Assembly (NCBI GenBank): GCA_002633005.1
Contig: NMRA01000187.1
Span: 305,740-369,739 of the forward strand
Source of the DNA: Phoronis australis
Lineage: Eukaryota > Animalia > Phoronida
Direction of reading: 5' to 3'
DNA length: 64,000 nucleotides
This document shows positions 48,061 to 62,300 of this stretch, piece by piece (the first letter of the stretch is position 1; each line of letters starts with the position of its first letter). The position numbers and the translations under genes are program-made. The notes below the pieces were generated by a model. The model had not been told where the DNA came from. It saw only the letters and a list, made by a program, of their open reading frames with translations, and made no database searches.

Positions 48061-49359
48061 ATTTTTGGCGTTCCTAGGAGATTCCCCAGCATTACCAGAG
48101 GCGGATCTACGGGGGGGTTCAGGGGGTTTAAACCCCCCCCTTGGGCCAGGACCCAAAATTAAAAAAAAAACAAAAACGTCGTCACCAAAGCAAAAACGAC
48201 ACCACCAGCGTGTGTAAACCCCAAGTAAACCAACTTGGAAAAAAATGAGGGGGGGTTCACTCTGAAAAAATAAATTTTTGAATTGCAAGTTGCTGTTATG
48301 AAAATCAACGCATTTTGAGTCTTCGTGGATCATCGGCAAAACGCGCGGAGATCAATTGTGGGCGCGCTTCCGTCGACACTTCTGAAGTTGCCAGCATTTT
48401 AGATGGATTCAGCGCTGAAAGAGCAGCTCTATAGCTGATTTCTTTAGATAACTAGCTTCTTTACTTTAAGATATAATTTGATTTGATTAGGGGAAATACT
48501 GTGGTGCCGCAACCCTGATATTCAGGCAAATTGACGTGCAACGTTTTTACCTCATCTGTCGTTCCATTATACCCTACACGCTAGTAACTCGAATTTGACT
48601 GGTGTATAGTAAAGTTGTCTTGCGCAATACATACAGTGTAGCCTACATGTACATGTAGTATTTTTGAAAAGAACTCGTTTTCCGAAGAATTACTATTGTC
48701 GCGGGCGCTGTGGTCTGGTCGCGGAACCGTTTGAAGATGCACTCTAACAAGCTATGTCTATACAAAAAATGACCAAGGGGGCACTCACATTGACAAAGTG
48801 ACCGCATTCGCGAACAGTGTACAGTACCAGAAATTGCGGGGAGGCTGTATTTTTACAGCAAAGTCTTGAGGGACTCGTGCGATGTTCAATAGGCCTCCTA
48901 AGGAGCTTTAGTTCCGACCTCAATACCTACTGTCTTTCTACCTGCAATAAGCACCACTGCTGTCTTCTTTTCTGGCAATTTCCGCAGAAATTCCCCCCCG
49001 ATGAAACGCCCATGACCATGGGCATTTATTTGATGTTAGTACTTGAGGTTTCAAGCGTTCAGACATTGGGACGNTGTGGCGGGAGCCGTGGTCTGGCCGC
49101 GAGTCTGTTTGAAGATGCACTCTAACAAGTCTTGCGGGACTCGTGCGATGTGCCGACCTCAACACCTACCGTCTTTCTACCTGCCGTTTTCTATACTGGG
49201 AATTCCCGCAGAAAGGCCCACCCGACGAAACGCCCATGCCCATGGGCATTTATTTGATGTTAGTACTTGGGGTTTCAAGCGTTCAGACATTGGGACGTTT
49301 ATTTCGAAAATTGCAAGAGATGCAAATGGGTCCTGGGATACATTGTCAAGGTTTGAAGT

Positions 49360-49955
49360 AGTCCATGATGAACGGATCAAATTTAGTTGCGCATGTAAGT
49401 CTTTTGAATGGACTTGGTAACCTCAGGGTGCTTAGTGCCAACTGAGCTGCGAAACGAGATGCTGACATTATAGAGGCGGACAAGCTCATTGACACAGAAA
49501 TTGACGAAGCGCAAGCGTTGGGAACAAACGTCGAAGATGTCTGGGTAGAATGGTTCCAAGAGCAGCAAACCGTTGGATCCGACGTACAGATTCCTCGGCA
49601 GTCTAGACAACAGAAAGATAGGACCAGCGTTCCTGGAGAAACACCCAGGTAATAAGTTATAATTACACACAGTTTGTAATAATGTCGGTTTTTTATGCTT
49701 GTGTACAATGAAAACGAAATAGAAATTATTTTTAGACATGCCAAATTTACCCAGTACAGCAGAGGGTCTACGAGCGCACAGAAACTGACTCTGGTTCGTA
49801 TTTCCACTTGAGTCTATCTGCTTCATATCCAAAATCTATTTCACGTAGTGCGTAGTTAAACCTGTACTCAATACTTGTTTCTTACAGTGAGTACTACAGA
49901 ACGGTGCGAAAACCCTTCCTAGACAACCTCTCGCAGCAGTTGACCACCAGATGAG
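49360..49955 (+). pseudogene. Decayed hAT (THAP12/P52rIPK-like) transposase fragment
   Basis: DADIIEADKLI..WVEWF..IPRQSRQQKDRTSVPGETP, then an intron-like segment (about 49649-49887), then EYYRTVRKPFLDNLSQQLTTR. A hAT-like end cagaggcggatc lies upstream at about 48096. Confidence 0.65.
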
Positions 49956-50696
49956 TAAACTACACGTATGAGCAACCGCTGGGGATTAAAACGGGTCTAG
50001 AGAGAAGTTTTCAATTCAAAATTTTTTGCAAAGTGAGCTTTAGGTCTCGCGACGGACCAGGCCAGCTTGATTTGTGTGGATATCGAGCTTCAGTGTACAT
50101 CTGGTCCCTCGGCGAACTAGTCTTGTGATGTTTTTTACCAAAGTGTGCTTTGTAAAACTATTTAACTCAGCCAGTACTGTTTGGTCCCGCGAGAGATCGA
50201 CTATTTTTATAGGGATATAAGCGCAGGTGTACTTTTGGTCTCGTGACAGACCAGACCAGAGTTTTTGTGTACTCTCAGTGTACATCTGGTCCCTCTACGA
50301 ACTGCTTCCGTATAGCTTTTCACCACGGTGTAGGCCTACAGAGTGTTTTGGTTTCGTGAAACTAAACTGTTTTCAGATGATTTGTTTCCTGATACATTTG
50401 ACGTTTTTCAATTGTTGTCAACGTGATTCAGCTTAATAAGGTGATACTTAATTGTTTATTGTTGCTTATCAGTGGCGGATCTAGGATATCACAAGGGGGG
50501 CCCAACATTTTGTCCGGCTGTAAGCATTTGCGCAACCCACGATTGTAGATGCGCATAGCACCGTATTGGGGGAGGAAATTTTTCTGTTTTTTCCTCTAAA
50601 AATCAAGCATTTTCCTTGATTTCTGATGTATTATCCAAGAAAAAAGGCAACAAAAATAAAGAATAAAAGGATAACATGTCACACAGGAAAAAATGC

Positions 50697-51338
50697 GAGT
50701 TCCACAGACTCGAACTCACGACCTGGCTGTTGGTCGCGCGTGCTTTACCACTACACCACCACGATTTCACTAGTAATCTGAAACTAAGAAACCTACTTGT
50801 TTATGTTCCACAGCGTTTGCGTGCGAAACCTAATTCTTTTTTTAATGCTTATTACACGTTTTATAATTTGTGCAATCAGTTCTTAATAAATTTGCTGTAT
50901 TTATAATAGACTTCAAATGCCCAAAAGACCAAATCCGTTTTTCGTGATGACGGGATTGCTTTTTGGAAATCGTCTTAAGTTAAGGTTTGACAAAGAGAGA
51001 ATTAATGAGTTTCTAAGTGATTCACTAAGGCTTCGATTAAAATTCACATCTTACCAGCAACTTCTGTTTTTTTCATCGTCACTCAGGTTCCATTTTCTTT
51101 AAAAATGAAGTAAATTTTCCTCATTGCACAGTGGAGCAGACGACGGAAACGGAGTCGTATTGCGCAGCGCCTCTGCCGGTCGCCTGGGATATCGCGGGAG
51201 AGCCTACACTTAGCCATAGTTCCGTTACGAATGCGCCGTGTTCCGGATTTGATACTTGAAATTGGATCTGAGCCCCCTCCCCAAACACTAAAACTGCACA
51301 CATTTAAACCTTTTTCATCCGTATAATATTAATTACCG
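50697..51338 (-). repeat. Dispersed repeat with an internal tRNA-like segment (copy 2)
   Basis: The minus strand of 50697-50760 carries an A box (TGGTGTAGTGG) and a B box (GTTCGAGTC). The rest is colinear with 7860-8006 and 8540-9065. Confidence 0.75.
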
Positions 51339-51418
51339 GGGCAAATTAATAAACTCAACATTTCCCTACGCTCTTGCTGTTTTATTTTTTTTGCGGCAGC
51401 CAAGGGGGGGGGGGGCGG

Positions 51419-51904
51419 NNNNNNNNNNNNNNNNNNNNNNNNNNNNNNNNNNNNNNNNNNNNNNNNNNNNNNNNNNNNNNNNNNNNNNNNNNNNNNNNNN
51501 NNNNNNNNNNNNNNNNNNNNNNNNNNNNNNNNNNNNNNNNNNNNNNNNNNNNNNNNNNNNNNNNNNNNNNNNNNNNNNNNNNNNNNNNNNNNNNNNNNNN
51601 NNNNNNNNNNNNNNNNNNNNNNNNNNNNNNNNNNNNNNNNNNNNNNNNNNNNNNNNNNNNNNNNNNNNNNNNNNNNNNNNNNNNNNNNNNNNNNNNNNNN
51701 NNNNNNNNNNNNNNNNNNNNNNNNNNNNNNNNNNNNNNNNNNNNNNNNNNNNNNNNNNNNNNNNNNNNNNNNNNNNNNNNNNNNNNNNNNNNNNNNNNNN
51801 NNNNNNNNNNNNNNNNNNNNNNNNNNNNNNNNNNNNNNNNNNNNNNNNNNNNNNNNNNNNNNNNNNNNNNNNNNNNNNNNNNNNNNNNNNNNNNNNNNNN
51901 NNNN
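51419..51904. other. Assembly gap
   Basis: Run of N. Confidence 1.
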
Positions 51905-51956
51905 GGCATGTTATATCAGACCATTACCAATTCAAGTCAATTTTGTATGGTTTCAG

Positions 51957-54900
51957 TAAAATGATGCTGCTACTGTATGACAGTGGAATGAGAGTTGTCA
52001 TCCACACAGCCAACCTTGTACAGCAAGACTGGCATCAGAAAACACAGGGGTAAGTTTTTAGTTGTTATGTTTAATGATTGTTTTATGCATAATAACTCTA
52101 TTCTTCCAAATTTATGTTCAATAATCTGCTAAACATGCAACCTCTGAATTTTTAAAATGTTTTCCATTATGTTCATGTCTTGTTTCATCCCCACCCCCAA
52201 TTTATAAAGTTAGAGGTTTCAGTTCTTTTAAAGCATCTGCCCTTTTTAATGCCAATTTCAGCTCTCAAAATTTGGGTAATTTGCTTACTTTACTATCTAA
52301 TATTATCTACGGTAAAGCCTGGCATGTAAGACCATGGCCTCATACGTGAAATCAAGAATTTTTTGGAACACTTACTGAATGCAGCAGCTTTGAATATACA
52401 TCCATTGTATTAGCCAACCAATAGTTTTATACCTGACAGTACTTTTTTGGTTATCAATAGCTGTTTTGCAGGAAATACAACAGAAATGATGACTGGCCAC
52501 GACGTGGTATTTTTAGGTGATCCCAAATGTTTGATTTTGCCTAATTCCATGGTCATGCTATTTCTACGGAACAATCATCATTTTTGTTTAAATTGATTAA
52601 AATATTGGTTGACTTAAACCTTTCCATAAAAATGCTGAATAAATATTATAAAACAATTTGATAAATGTTGTCAATTTCATATTCGAATTAATGCTTTTGT
52701 TAAAGTCAGAATGAATGAAGGCTACCCTTGGCCTCATATTCAAGCAAAAGGCCATCACCTTATTTACCAGGTTTGACGGTAAATAAATGTGTCTATTTTG
52801 GTCTTGCAGGAATACAAACGTTTCCAAATTTTTCAAACATTTTGCTTTAATCTAAACATCCTATTCTCGGCACGACACCCACGCCCTTATTTCTGAGTTT
52901 TTTATCGACCTGGATATTAACTCACACAATACACTCAGGTACCTTATCTAAGAGACAGTGTCCTGTCCATTTAGGTCTGTTTGATGTCACAGTGCATTGT
53001 TAATGCGTTCCAGGTGTTATTTGTTCTCAAGGAATCTCAGTTTTTGGCCATAACCTTAGCAGAAACAAATTGACAAAACTTACATGATGACATTCATGTT
53101 TGAATAAGTACAGTTATTCGCACTTATACATTTGGCTGAACTTAATCAAGCACCAGTGGCGATACAATTGATGATAGCTGACTGAAGTTCAGGGAAATGT
53201 CTGACTTTTATTCAAGTATGAATGCTATCATGAAAAGTTTTATTGTTTTATTTTGGTTTTGGTTGTGGAGAATGCAACAATCTTGCTCATAAATATTAAC
53301 AACTTTTGTATAAGTGACCAGAGCTGTAACCTTTAAGTCGGGTTGTTTATTAGCAAAAGCGTGTCTTCATGAACTTTTTGGTTAGAATTTTTTACAAAGT
53401 TAACGATCTCTGCCTGTTCACTGTCTTTTATTTGTTACAGATGCACTGAACCTTGCTTTAAAGAAATTGAAATCCATGTTTTGCAGTGTTTGGGTGAGTC
53501 CTCTTCTGCCAAAGTTGATGGGGACATCTGGTGGTGACTCCCCTACATTTTTCAGAAAGGATCTTGTGGAGTACCTCAGTGCTTATAAATCTGCAGCTTT
53601 AAGTGGTTGGACAACACACATCCAGGAACATGATTTTTCGTCAGTAAGGTACAAAATATCTGTGTTGGTGTTCCCCTTACTAGAATGCTAATTCATCGCA
53701 GTTACCCAGTTGTTGAAATGTTTTTGTTAATCACTTTTCCCTCTTTGTGTAATTCTTATAATGGACCTCAAAAAGAACTCGCTCGTACGTCTGCTCATAA
53801 CGTTTCATTGCGTTGAACTGTGACAGGGACAAAGTAGCGTTACGTAAGCTCAAAAACATATTTGGATCTCGCCTTTTTTTTTTAAAATATGCCTGATGTC
53901 GGCTTATATAGTTTGGTTATAAATTTTTTTACAAAATTCACCTGATATCAGTTTTTAAATAGTAGTGTGCGTGGTGTAAGCCAAAATACTTCTTCTGCTT
54001 AAAGTATAATTTATCGTTGTCTGTGCTTCCCGGTATAAATTGTGTTTAATATTGATAAGGAGTGAAACACGTTGGTCTGTTAACATACCACAGTCAGTTA
54101 AGGTTTTTCTATTTTAAAGAGTTTTTTTGTTTTTAATGTGCATCATTTTCTGCAACATTTGTTTCAAATTTCTACAGTGTTCATTTGGTTAGCTCAGTTC
54201 CTGGTCGTCACACTGGCGATAAGAAATGCAAGTTTGGCCATCTGAAGTTACGAACAGTAAGTTAATACATATTAACCGATGCCAATTTCTTAAACGTGAT
54301 TTATGCTACATGTGAAATCTTGATAGTTTTGGCATTCCGGTGATTTCCGTCCAATGTTTGCTTGTGCAAAAAAAAACACTGGTTTAATCTTAGACTTCCT
54401 GTGCAGCTGGTTGTCAAGGTAACTGTAAGTAAGTTAATACATATTAACCAACGCCAATTTCTTAAACGTGATTTATGCTACATGTGAACTTTTGATAGTT
54501 TTGGCATTCCGGTGATTTCCGTCCAATTTTTACTTGTGCAAAAAAACACTGGTTTAATCTTAGACTTCCTGTGCAGCTGGTTGTCAAGGTAACTGTAAAG
54601 CTGTGTGTCACTCTGACTCACATTTTGTAATTAAAGCAATAATTGTTCAATGTGTTGAAAGGGTCGCATAAAAAAATGTTTACTTACGTGCTGTGTGATT
54701 GGGGGAAAGACTTCATTTTACTGAAACCTGATGTACTCAACAGTGATTTTGATTCTTTAAACAAGTATTGTGAAAATGACTTTGCAATCATATTAAAAAC
54801 TAAACATCTGTAAAACAAATGGAAAGGAAATTATTTTGTTTACAGTGTAGAAAGGTGAATTGGTTTATGACTTAATGAGGGAAACACCATCTTCTTTCTC

Positions 54901-57599
54901 AGTTTTGTTGCCTCAGAAATTCATGAAAACTTCACAAAAAGTAAAGGTCATGTCACTTTGAACAATTGCTTGTGATATTATTTAGTTTGGCTTATTTTCA
55001 ACATTATATTAAGGCCTTGACCCACATGTTACATAAAATTTACATTTCTACACAATCATGTAACTATTCTATTCTTGTTTTGTGTAAGATTTTTACAGGA
55101 TAGTGTTTGTTATGTACCAATGGTCAGTTACTGAAAAGTGATTCAGCGAAACATGGGATCCTTACCAATACTTACAGTTTGAAATATGTTTATACATACA
55201 GATTTGAGTGCTGGAAATTTGAGCACAAATTTTTTAAGTTTTAATTTGTTATTGTGTTGCTGTAGATCTTGAGTAAGAACGGCCCAGCCTCTGCGACTCA
55301 GGTCAAAGGGTGGCCTGTGATTGGTCAGTTTTCAAGCATTGGATCTCTGGGGTCGACAAAAGATACGTGGTTATGCGGTGAATGGCTGCGCAGTCTATCA
55401 TCAACGCAGTGTGTACAGTCATTTGGTGGTGGAATGTCTGGTTTGAAACTGGTGAGCTTCATACCTTCTTCACAGGAATGGTAAATCTATGACAACCACG
55501 ACTATAATTGGCAAATATATGCCACTTATTTCTGATAGTAAACCTCAAGCCTTTTGTTGAGTAAATTTTTATTTTTACTTTTTTCCTTGGCATACTTTTA
55601 AAAATCTTAGTGTTACCTTGACAGGGTTGTCTAAGAATGCCATGACTTATTCACGATTTGACCTACTAATAATGTACTGGCACGGGATGTGAGTTGGATC
55701 AGGTTACTGCAAGCAATTATAGAGCTGAAATGTTCTTTGTATCTGTGTGCTTTCAAAGCCAAAGCTTCAGCTATGACTAATTGTCAATTGCAAATTTTAT
55801 CTGTTTCCTAGCTAAGATTAATATAGCAATCTTGTTAGAAGTAATTACTCGATACATTCAAGTTCACTCCTCATCATAATAATCAATTTGCTTTGTGTGT
55901 GTTTTTGTCATTTTACAACTAGATATATCCCAGTAAAGAGAATGTTCGTCAAAGTCTGGAGGGTTATGCTGCGGGCGCGTCTTTACCTTACAGTATCAAT
56001 ACAGCAAAGAAACAATTGTATCTCAAAGAGTTTCTACAGTAAGTGTGATGTAAATATTGCTGTTGCCAATGCCGACGCTGCTGATGCTTCGTTGCTATAG
56101 CAACACATGACTGGATTCAATGTGTGGTTTATTTTCTGATCTTCATACACATCAACTTAATATGTATCTCTAGACAGGACCTTTGATTTGGAGGCCAAAT
56201 ATCGGTCTCGTTCCTCTGTGACAAATATTTAAAAAATTACACGAAATTTCTCTTATCAGGCCTAAAATTTCACACTAAGGAAACAACATTCCCCCATCAA
56301 GGTTACTCACTTCCTAATAGATTCAAAACGTTAGTTTTGGTGACTTCAAGCATTGCCAGTGATGATGGGGGAGGGGGGGGGCAACCAGAGGCTGGATATT
56401 GGGGTGGGGTTGGTTTCCGCTCACCCAAAAAATTCTTCATGCAGGAGTTACTGCCACCTTCTCCGTCAGTTGAGTGAGAACCCTGGTGGCACCAACAGTC
56501 ATTACAAAGTTAACATTCATTAGTCAAATCTTAAATGTTAAATTACATCTCAATTTAAAAGTGTTCGTGATTGTTCCGCTCTTAAAAATGCAGGATTTTG
56601 GTCAAACCTTTATTCATCGTGCAAATATTCAGCTATTCAGTGATGCCTCTGTTGTCACTACTCAAAGAATGTGACAAACCAGCCCATCAATCACCTGCCG
56701 TTACGCTCTTGAAGACATGTGACAATGCACTGTTTACTTTTCAGTGAGTGGAAGTGTAGCAGGTTTGGTCGTGACAGGGCTTCACCACACATCAAGACAT
56801 ACACAAGGATATCACCTGATTTGAAGCAATCAGCATGGTTCCTGGTGACAAGGTATTATGTAGGGAAATCAACTGTATTGACTTAAAATAAGTTAAGAAA
56901 ATTTGTCGGTTTTTAATTGTTTGGCTGGCATCTAAGTTTAAGCCACCTACAGGGATAAGTTCAGGTGGTCAAATGCTGTCGGCTTCAAACCAATGGTGAG
57001 CACCACAGAGGCGAGAATCTAGTGAAAATGCAAAAGCATGCAAGATATCACTATATGTATAACAAGCAAAGCATGTGACTGCACTAGCTTTCTTTGTGAG
57101 ATTCTAGCCTCTAAGGAACTCAGCCCAGGGTTGAATCGTGTTTGCCAGTTGGCAGTAAGGAATGGACACAATCAATTAACTTGTCAATCCAATGTTTTAT
57201 CATGGAAACTTGCGAATGCTAAGTAGGTTTACTTAGTAAGTGTGTTAAAGTCTGATTTTGGGTACTTTAAGTTTTAAAGTTATGAATGATCTCATCAAGA
57301 AATCCTGGCCGGCTTGTATTTGCCCAAATATTTACAAAAGTCTTGAGTTTAAATCAATGAAAGAATAATTATTTTATTTTCTAAACGTAGATAGTGTGCA
57401 GGATTTGGTAACTTTGCATCACTGTCATTGGCTATGATAGATGATTATCCAACCCAAGTTTTAGTCTAAAACTTACTTTGACCATTTTGGTTGCAGTGCC
57501 AACCTGTCTAAAGCTGCTTGGGGCGTGCTGGAGAAGAACCAGTCTCAACTGATGATCAGATCCTATGAGATGGGCGTCTTGTTCCTTCCTCAGTTCTTT
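51957..57599 (+). CDS. TDP1: Tyrosyl-DNA phosphodiesterase 1, seven internal exons (5' and 3' exons not seen)
   Basis: Exons 51957-52049, 53487-53648, 54178-54256, 55266-55451, 55923-56038, 56745-56852 and 57497-57599. Motifs [72 protein letters not shown] and [23 protein letters not shown]. Confidence 0.95.
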
Positions 57600-59307
57600 G
57601 TAAGATCGTTTGACTTCAATGGTCTGTGTTTGAAGCCATGTTTATTAGTATTTATTACATGATGAGGGTTTCTGTAATCAGTTCCTATATCTAGACACCC
57701 ATTGGAGGTGAGCATCCCTCGGGACTTTGGGAAATAGTGATCAAAAATATGTAATAATCAATTTATCTCCCATTTTAAGTAATAAACTACAAAACCCCAA
57801 AATAAAAATGAATTAGAAATAAACTATTCAACTTCGATGTAACATTATCCCTATGTCACTATGTCATGCATGTTAGCGTCCTCCACAGCACATTGTAAAT
57901 TTAAATTAAGCATGTTTCTATCAAACCACAATGTCCCTCCCATTTGTTCTGTTTTTAATAATTTTGGGGTTATTTACATGTAAGTTATCCATGGTTTTCC
58001 TTTGTTAATGCAGCACAATTGACTAAGTTAAATTGAACTTATAGTGACTGGTTGTTGTTGTAAACGCTGCAGCAGTTAAACTCTGACTGACAACTTGCTG
58101 GAATCTTTTGGTAGTTAAATATGACGTCGGCGTGACGAAGGGCTAGTTTTTTTTTTTTACCAAACGTCCAGCTAATTTCAATAAAATTTCGCAATAATAT
58201 GATTGAATTCGATAGCATCTTTCATAGTTCTTGGTCTTTTTGAAATATAAAATGATCAGACAACTACTTCTTACTCCTGTGCTCTGTCCATAAAATGTGA
58301 ATGGGCTTAATCTAAACAGTCTCTCTTTTGTCATAGAAGTACAATACACAATTGTCACTCAACAGTGAAGTGTCGAACTAATGAATTGGATTTAGCGATT
58401 AGCAGTTATTGGTTCCCCCGTTTAATCAATACACAACACTGGTTCGGTGTAGAGGGGTGATCATTACTAGCCTATATTCTATTGTACAGTAATTATCGAA
58501 CAATACAGAGGTTTGTTACAATGCAAACGTTTTATTTCCGTGATACGACTATGTACAGATACATGTGGGCTCGAAATAATCATAATACATAACAAAGAAT
58601 TTCAAGGTATCGTTAAAGATTGATATCTGGTGGCAAGGAAACGCTCAAACAGAAAAAAATGCATTTTTACAAACAACTACATTATCTAACTTTGTGTTCA
58701 TAGCCACTCTTCGATACATCTCTACTTCCTTTATTAGGTTTGATAACTTGTATGTTTTCAAAATCAATCTGGATCACAGACGATAATGTGAAAACTCAAA
58801 TTTACTATCCGATTGCAATGACCTCTGTCGCTCAAATTACAAATTTTGTCCCTGCATACTCCTCTGGTTGAATCTCAATAAAAAATTGCCACGATCACAG
58901 AAACTGAGAGACAGATTAGGACGCAAATAATGCACGTAGGTGAAATTTCACTAACTAAATACGACAATTTAAATATACACAACAGTTTATGTACAGCATA
59001 CGAATTAGGATGAGATATTATTACAATGTTGTGCAAATTAAATGTGCAACACACGAGTACAAGTAAGAGACCCTCGGAACACACATAACGTTCTCCAGAG
59101 TCTATTTCAGAAGTTCTAAATCGCGCGGCCGTGATATCGTTATTCAGGAGACGCCTGCTTGCTTTCATTAGCCAACTTCCGTTTCCGCAACTGGGAACTT
59201 GATTTCGTTTGATGTTTTACGAGTCGCATTCCGGGGATCATACTTGATTTCTATCACAGCGATGCAATGACGAATGTACAATGACGTAACAAAGACCGAT
59301 GACGAGG

Positions 59308-62300
59308 CTAGTACTGGGCCATGATTTTCACGAATTCTGAAATAAATGAATTCAAACGTGAAAGATGTCTTACAACCTGTTAAATGGTTTATAATTTTCG
59401 CATTGTTTTTGTCACGGTTTCGTGGTTTTTAATTTTAAAATGTAAAACACCAGAGCAACATACTTATTGTTGAAGATAACAACGATAAGCAACAAAGCCG
59501 ATGGAGCTCGACCTACGATCTGTTCTGGTTAAAGTTACCCTGTACAACTTTTTTCGACCACAAAACTTAGCTCCTCAGATCTTACTAGTCACCAAAGTAT
59601 TTTTTATTTTAACCACAATATACAGTTTAGAGAAAAGCTGTTCAAGTTCAGCATGTCCAAAACAGAGCCTAGACGCACGATAATGTTGATCACGATATAC
59701 TGAAAATGGAGCAACTTTAGGTGACAATGCCAGTCGACGACATGCACGTCTCTGCATTGACTATTCCATTCGCCCTCTGCAGTAGAGTAATCTCTCTTTT
59801 CGTTGGCACTGAACACCATTGGGATACCCAAACAGACTTACGTAGCCGTGTCTCGCAACTAGAAATATCTAGCCAAAATCACGTGTTCTCATTTTAAATA
59901 CACGACAACATCTCTCGTAATCTCGCGAAGCCTTGTTTAGCGAGGTCCTGGAGTTACTAAACTCTACCCTGACGTTATCAGCGCCTTAAGAACGTCAGTC
60001 TCCCTTGAATGACACCAAAAGAGGCCTATATCAGTGATACAACAAGAAAGTCGTGGAGTGGGTGGGGGTTACCACAGTTTTCGCTCCGGCATACTGGCGG
60101 CGTTTTTAGGTTCAACTTGGTGTGTTCGTACGGGGGTGGGGGCGGGAAGCGGCCCCCCTAAACCCGCCAACGCCGTATATCCAGTCTGGCATGTAACCCT
60201 ATAGGTAAATAAACCACTCTCACCTTCATATTCTACAGTACCGTCTCCATCAATATCCACCTCGGCAATCATTTCATCGAACTCCTCGTCTGTCATCGGT
60301 TCTCCGAGTGTCGTCATTATTCGTCGTAACTCGGCGTTCGTCAGACTTCCGGTGCCGTCTGTATCAAAAACTCGGAATGCTTCCCGTATGGATTCTTCGC
60401 TGTCTTTCTCATTCATCTTTTTCGCCATCATTGTGAGAAATTCCGGGAAGTCGATGGATCCATTGCCTGAAAAATAAAATAAATCGTCACAGTCGAAATC
60501 AAGAAAGTAGAAATATTGAATCTTCTATCCATATTTTCTTGGGAGGTAACAAAACAAAAGTGTGCTCTCGCATGTTAAGTGCAGTATGCAGCTCAGATAT
60601 TCGTGCTAATTAAAACTTCGAGTGCCGTACAGTTTTTATAAGTTACAAAGTCCTTGGTCGGTTGTACAACTTTTCATTTTGGCCCTTATGCATTTCCATA
60701 GATACACATCAATGATTTGTTTCTTACACTGTTCACAGCGAGCTTAAAGATACTGTATCCTTTACATTCACCAATTTAGATCACGTGATGAGTTTCAACA
60801 GTCGAACAATATTAGTAAAATATAAATATTTTGTAGTTTTCAAACCTCTTTGTATTTGCCTTGCTTTATTATAAATTTTAACTTTTTCAAAAAGTGGGCT
60901 GGGTTTCGAGGAAAACTCGTTACATATAGCGACAGTCGCGAGAGTACCCATAATGCATGAGTCAGCTGTCACTCACTGCCGCGGCCATTTTAGCTGGCGG
61001 TGTATCGATAAACAATAAACATAAACCAAAAAATACATATTAAATTCAGTTAAGTTTGAAAATATTTGGAATTGTGCTGAATAAGCATGACTTGGAATTA
61101 AGTGTCGACTGAAGTAGCTTGCGTTAAATCCCTTTTAGAAATTCTTAACTAAAGTGAATCGTAAAGCCCAAGCGGAGAGAAGTACCTCGGATTCACAAGA
61201 AACTTTCACATACAGCTATGGACGGCTCTTCATGATGTTTGGAATTGCTTTCAAAGTGGTCCATACCTATGTTGCCGTAAGTCCCTAGGACTTATTGTAA
61301 TCTGGGTGTCCAGATTGTAATATACGAAATTATGCGCACGTAGCTATATGAGAAAAACTTAGGTAAGGCAAAGGACAAGTTTCCAAAGTAGCTGTTTGTG
61401 AACCTTGAGTTATGTGTTTCACAAATTGACGTGTTTTCAATTCGTCACTAAAAACGTCAGTACCGTGAACGGCCAGGAGACGCATATAAGGCACAGTTTT
61501 TAAACACATTGGATAATCGTTTACACCTGCAGGAGAAGCTAAGCTGCATTCAGCAATGTTCGAAACAAGCAAATATTGTAGATGCACGGGTATATGCCTA
61601 CATACTCGCGCATGCGGAGTAATATAACACAAACCAGTCACAAAAACAGCGCCAACAGCGATGCGCTCTCCCACTTGCGACTGTTTGCAATAGACGTCAT
61701 TGATTGCTTGTACAGAAAAACGTACCGACGCTGTGTTCATTTATTCAAGTTTGAAGTTGCGATTCCAGCAAAGAACTAATTAGCGCTGCTTGGGACGTTG
61801 AATAATTCAAGCCAGTGTAGGCTTACGTAGTAAATGAGACCAAACCCATGATAATACGATGACAGGTGTACAGTACTTGCTGCTTCATTAAATACAGTAC
61901 AGCACGAGATTGATTCGATAACGATTCACCTGTTTGACCACCCCGGTAGCATTCAGGAGTCGCGAAACTGACCATTGAGCAGACCAAAGCATTTTCACAT
62001 TTCCTCCAGGGTGTTTATGATTGAAACTGATAAGGCATGGCGATTTTTATGATTTGTTTTATTTAAGTATGTTCACCAAATAGTCTGGAATATTGGCCCA
62101 TGGATTTATCGCGTGTCAATTATAAACGCTCGCTCATCGTGTTAGAACAAAAACATGCGTTTCATATAGTTCCACCCCAATACACGAGTCAAAACATTTA
62201 TTTGGTTTTCAATGACGGCACTGCACAGAGGCGCAGACGGAGAGCTAAGATCACCAAACGCAACTATGCTCAGCTCATACCTCACGTCTTCGCCAAAATG

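Noticed and set aside
50697-50760. Functional tRNA gene (also 7781-7843)
   Set aside because: The anticodon arm is short and pairs poorly, the two copies are diverged, and both are embedded in a dispersed repeat.
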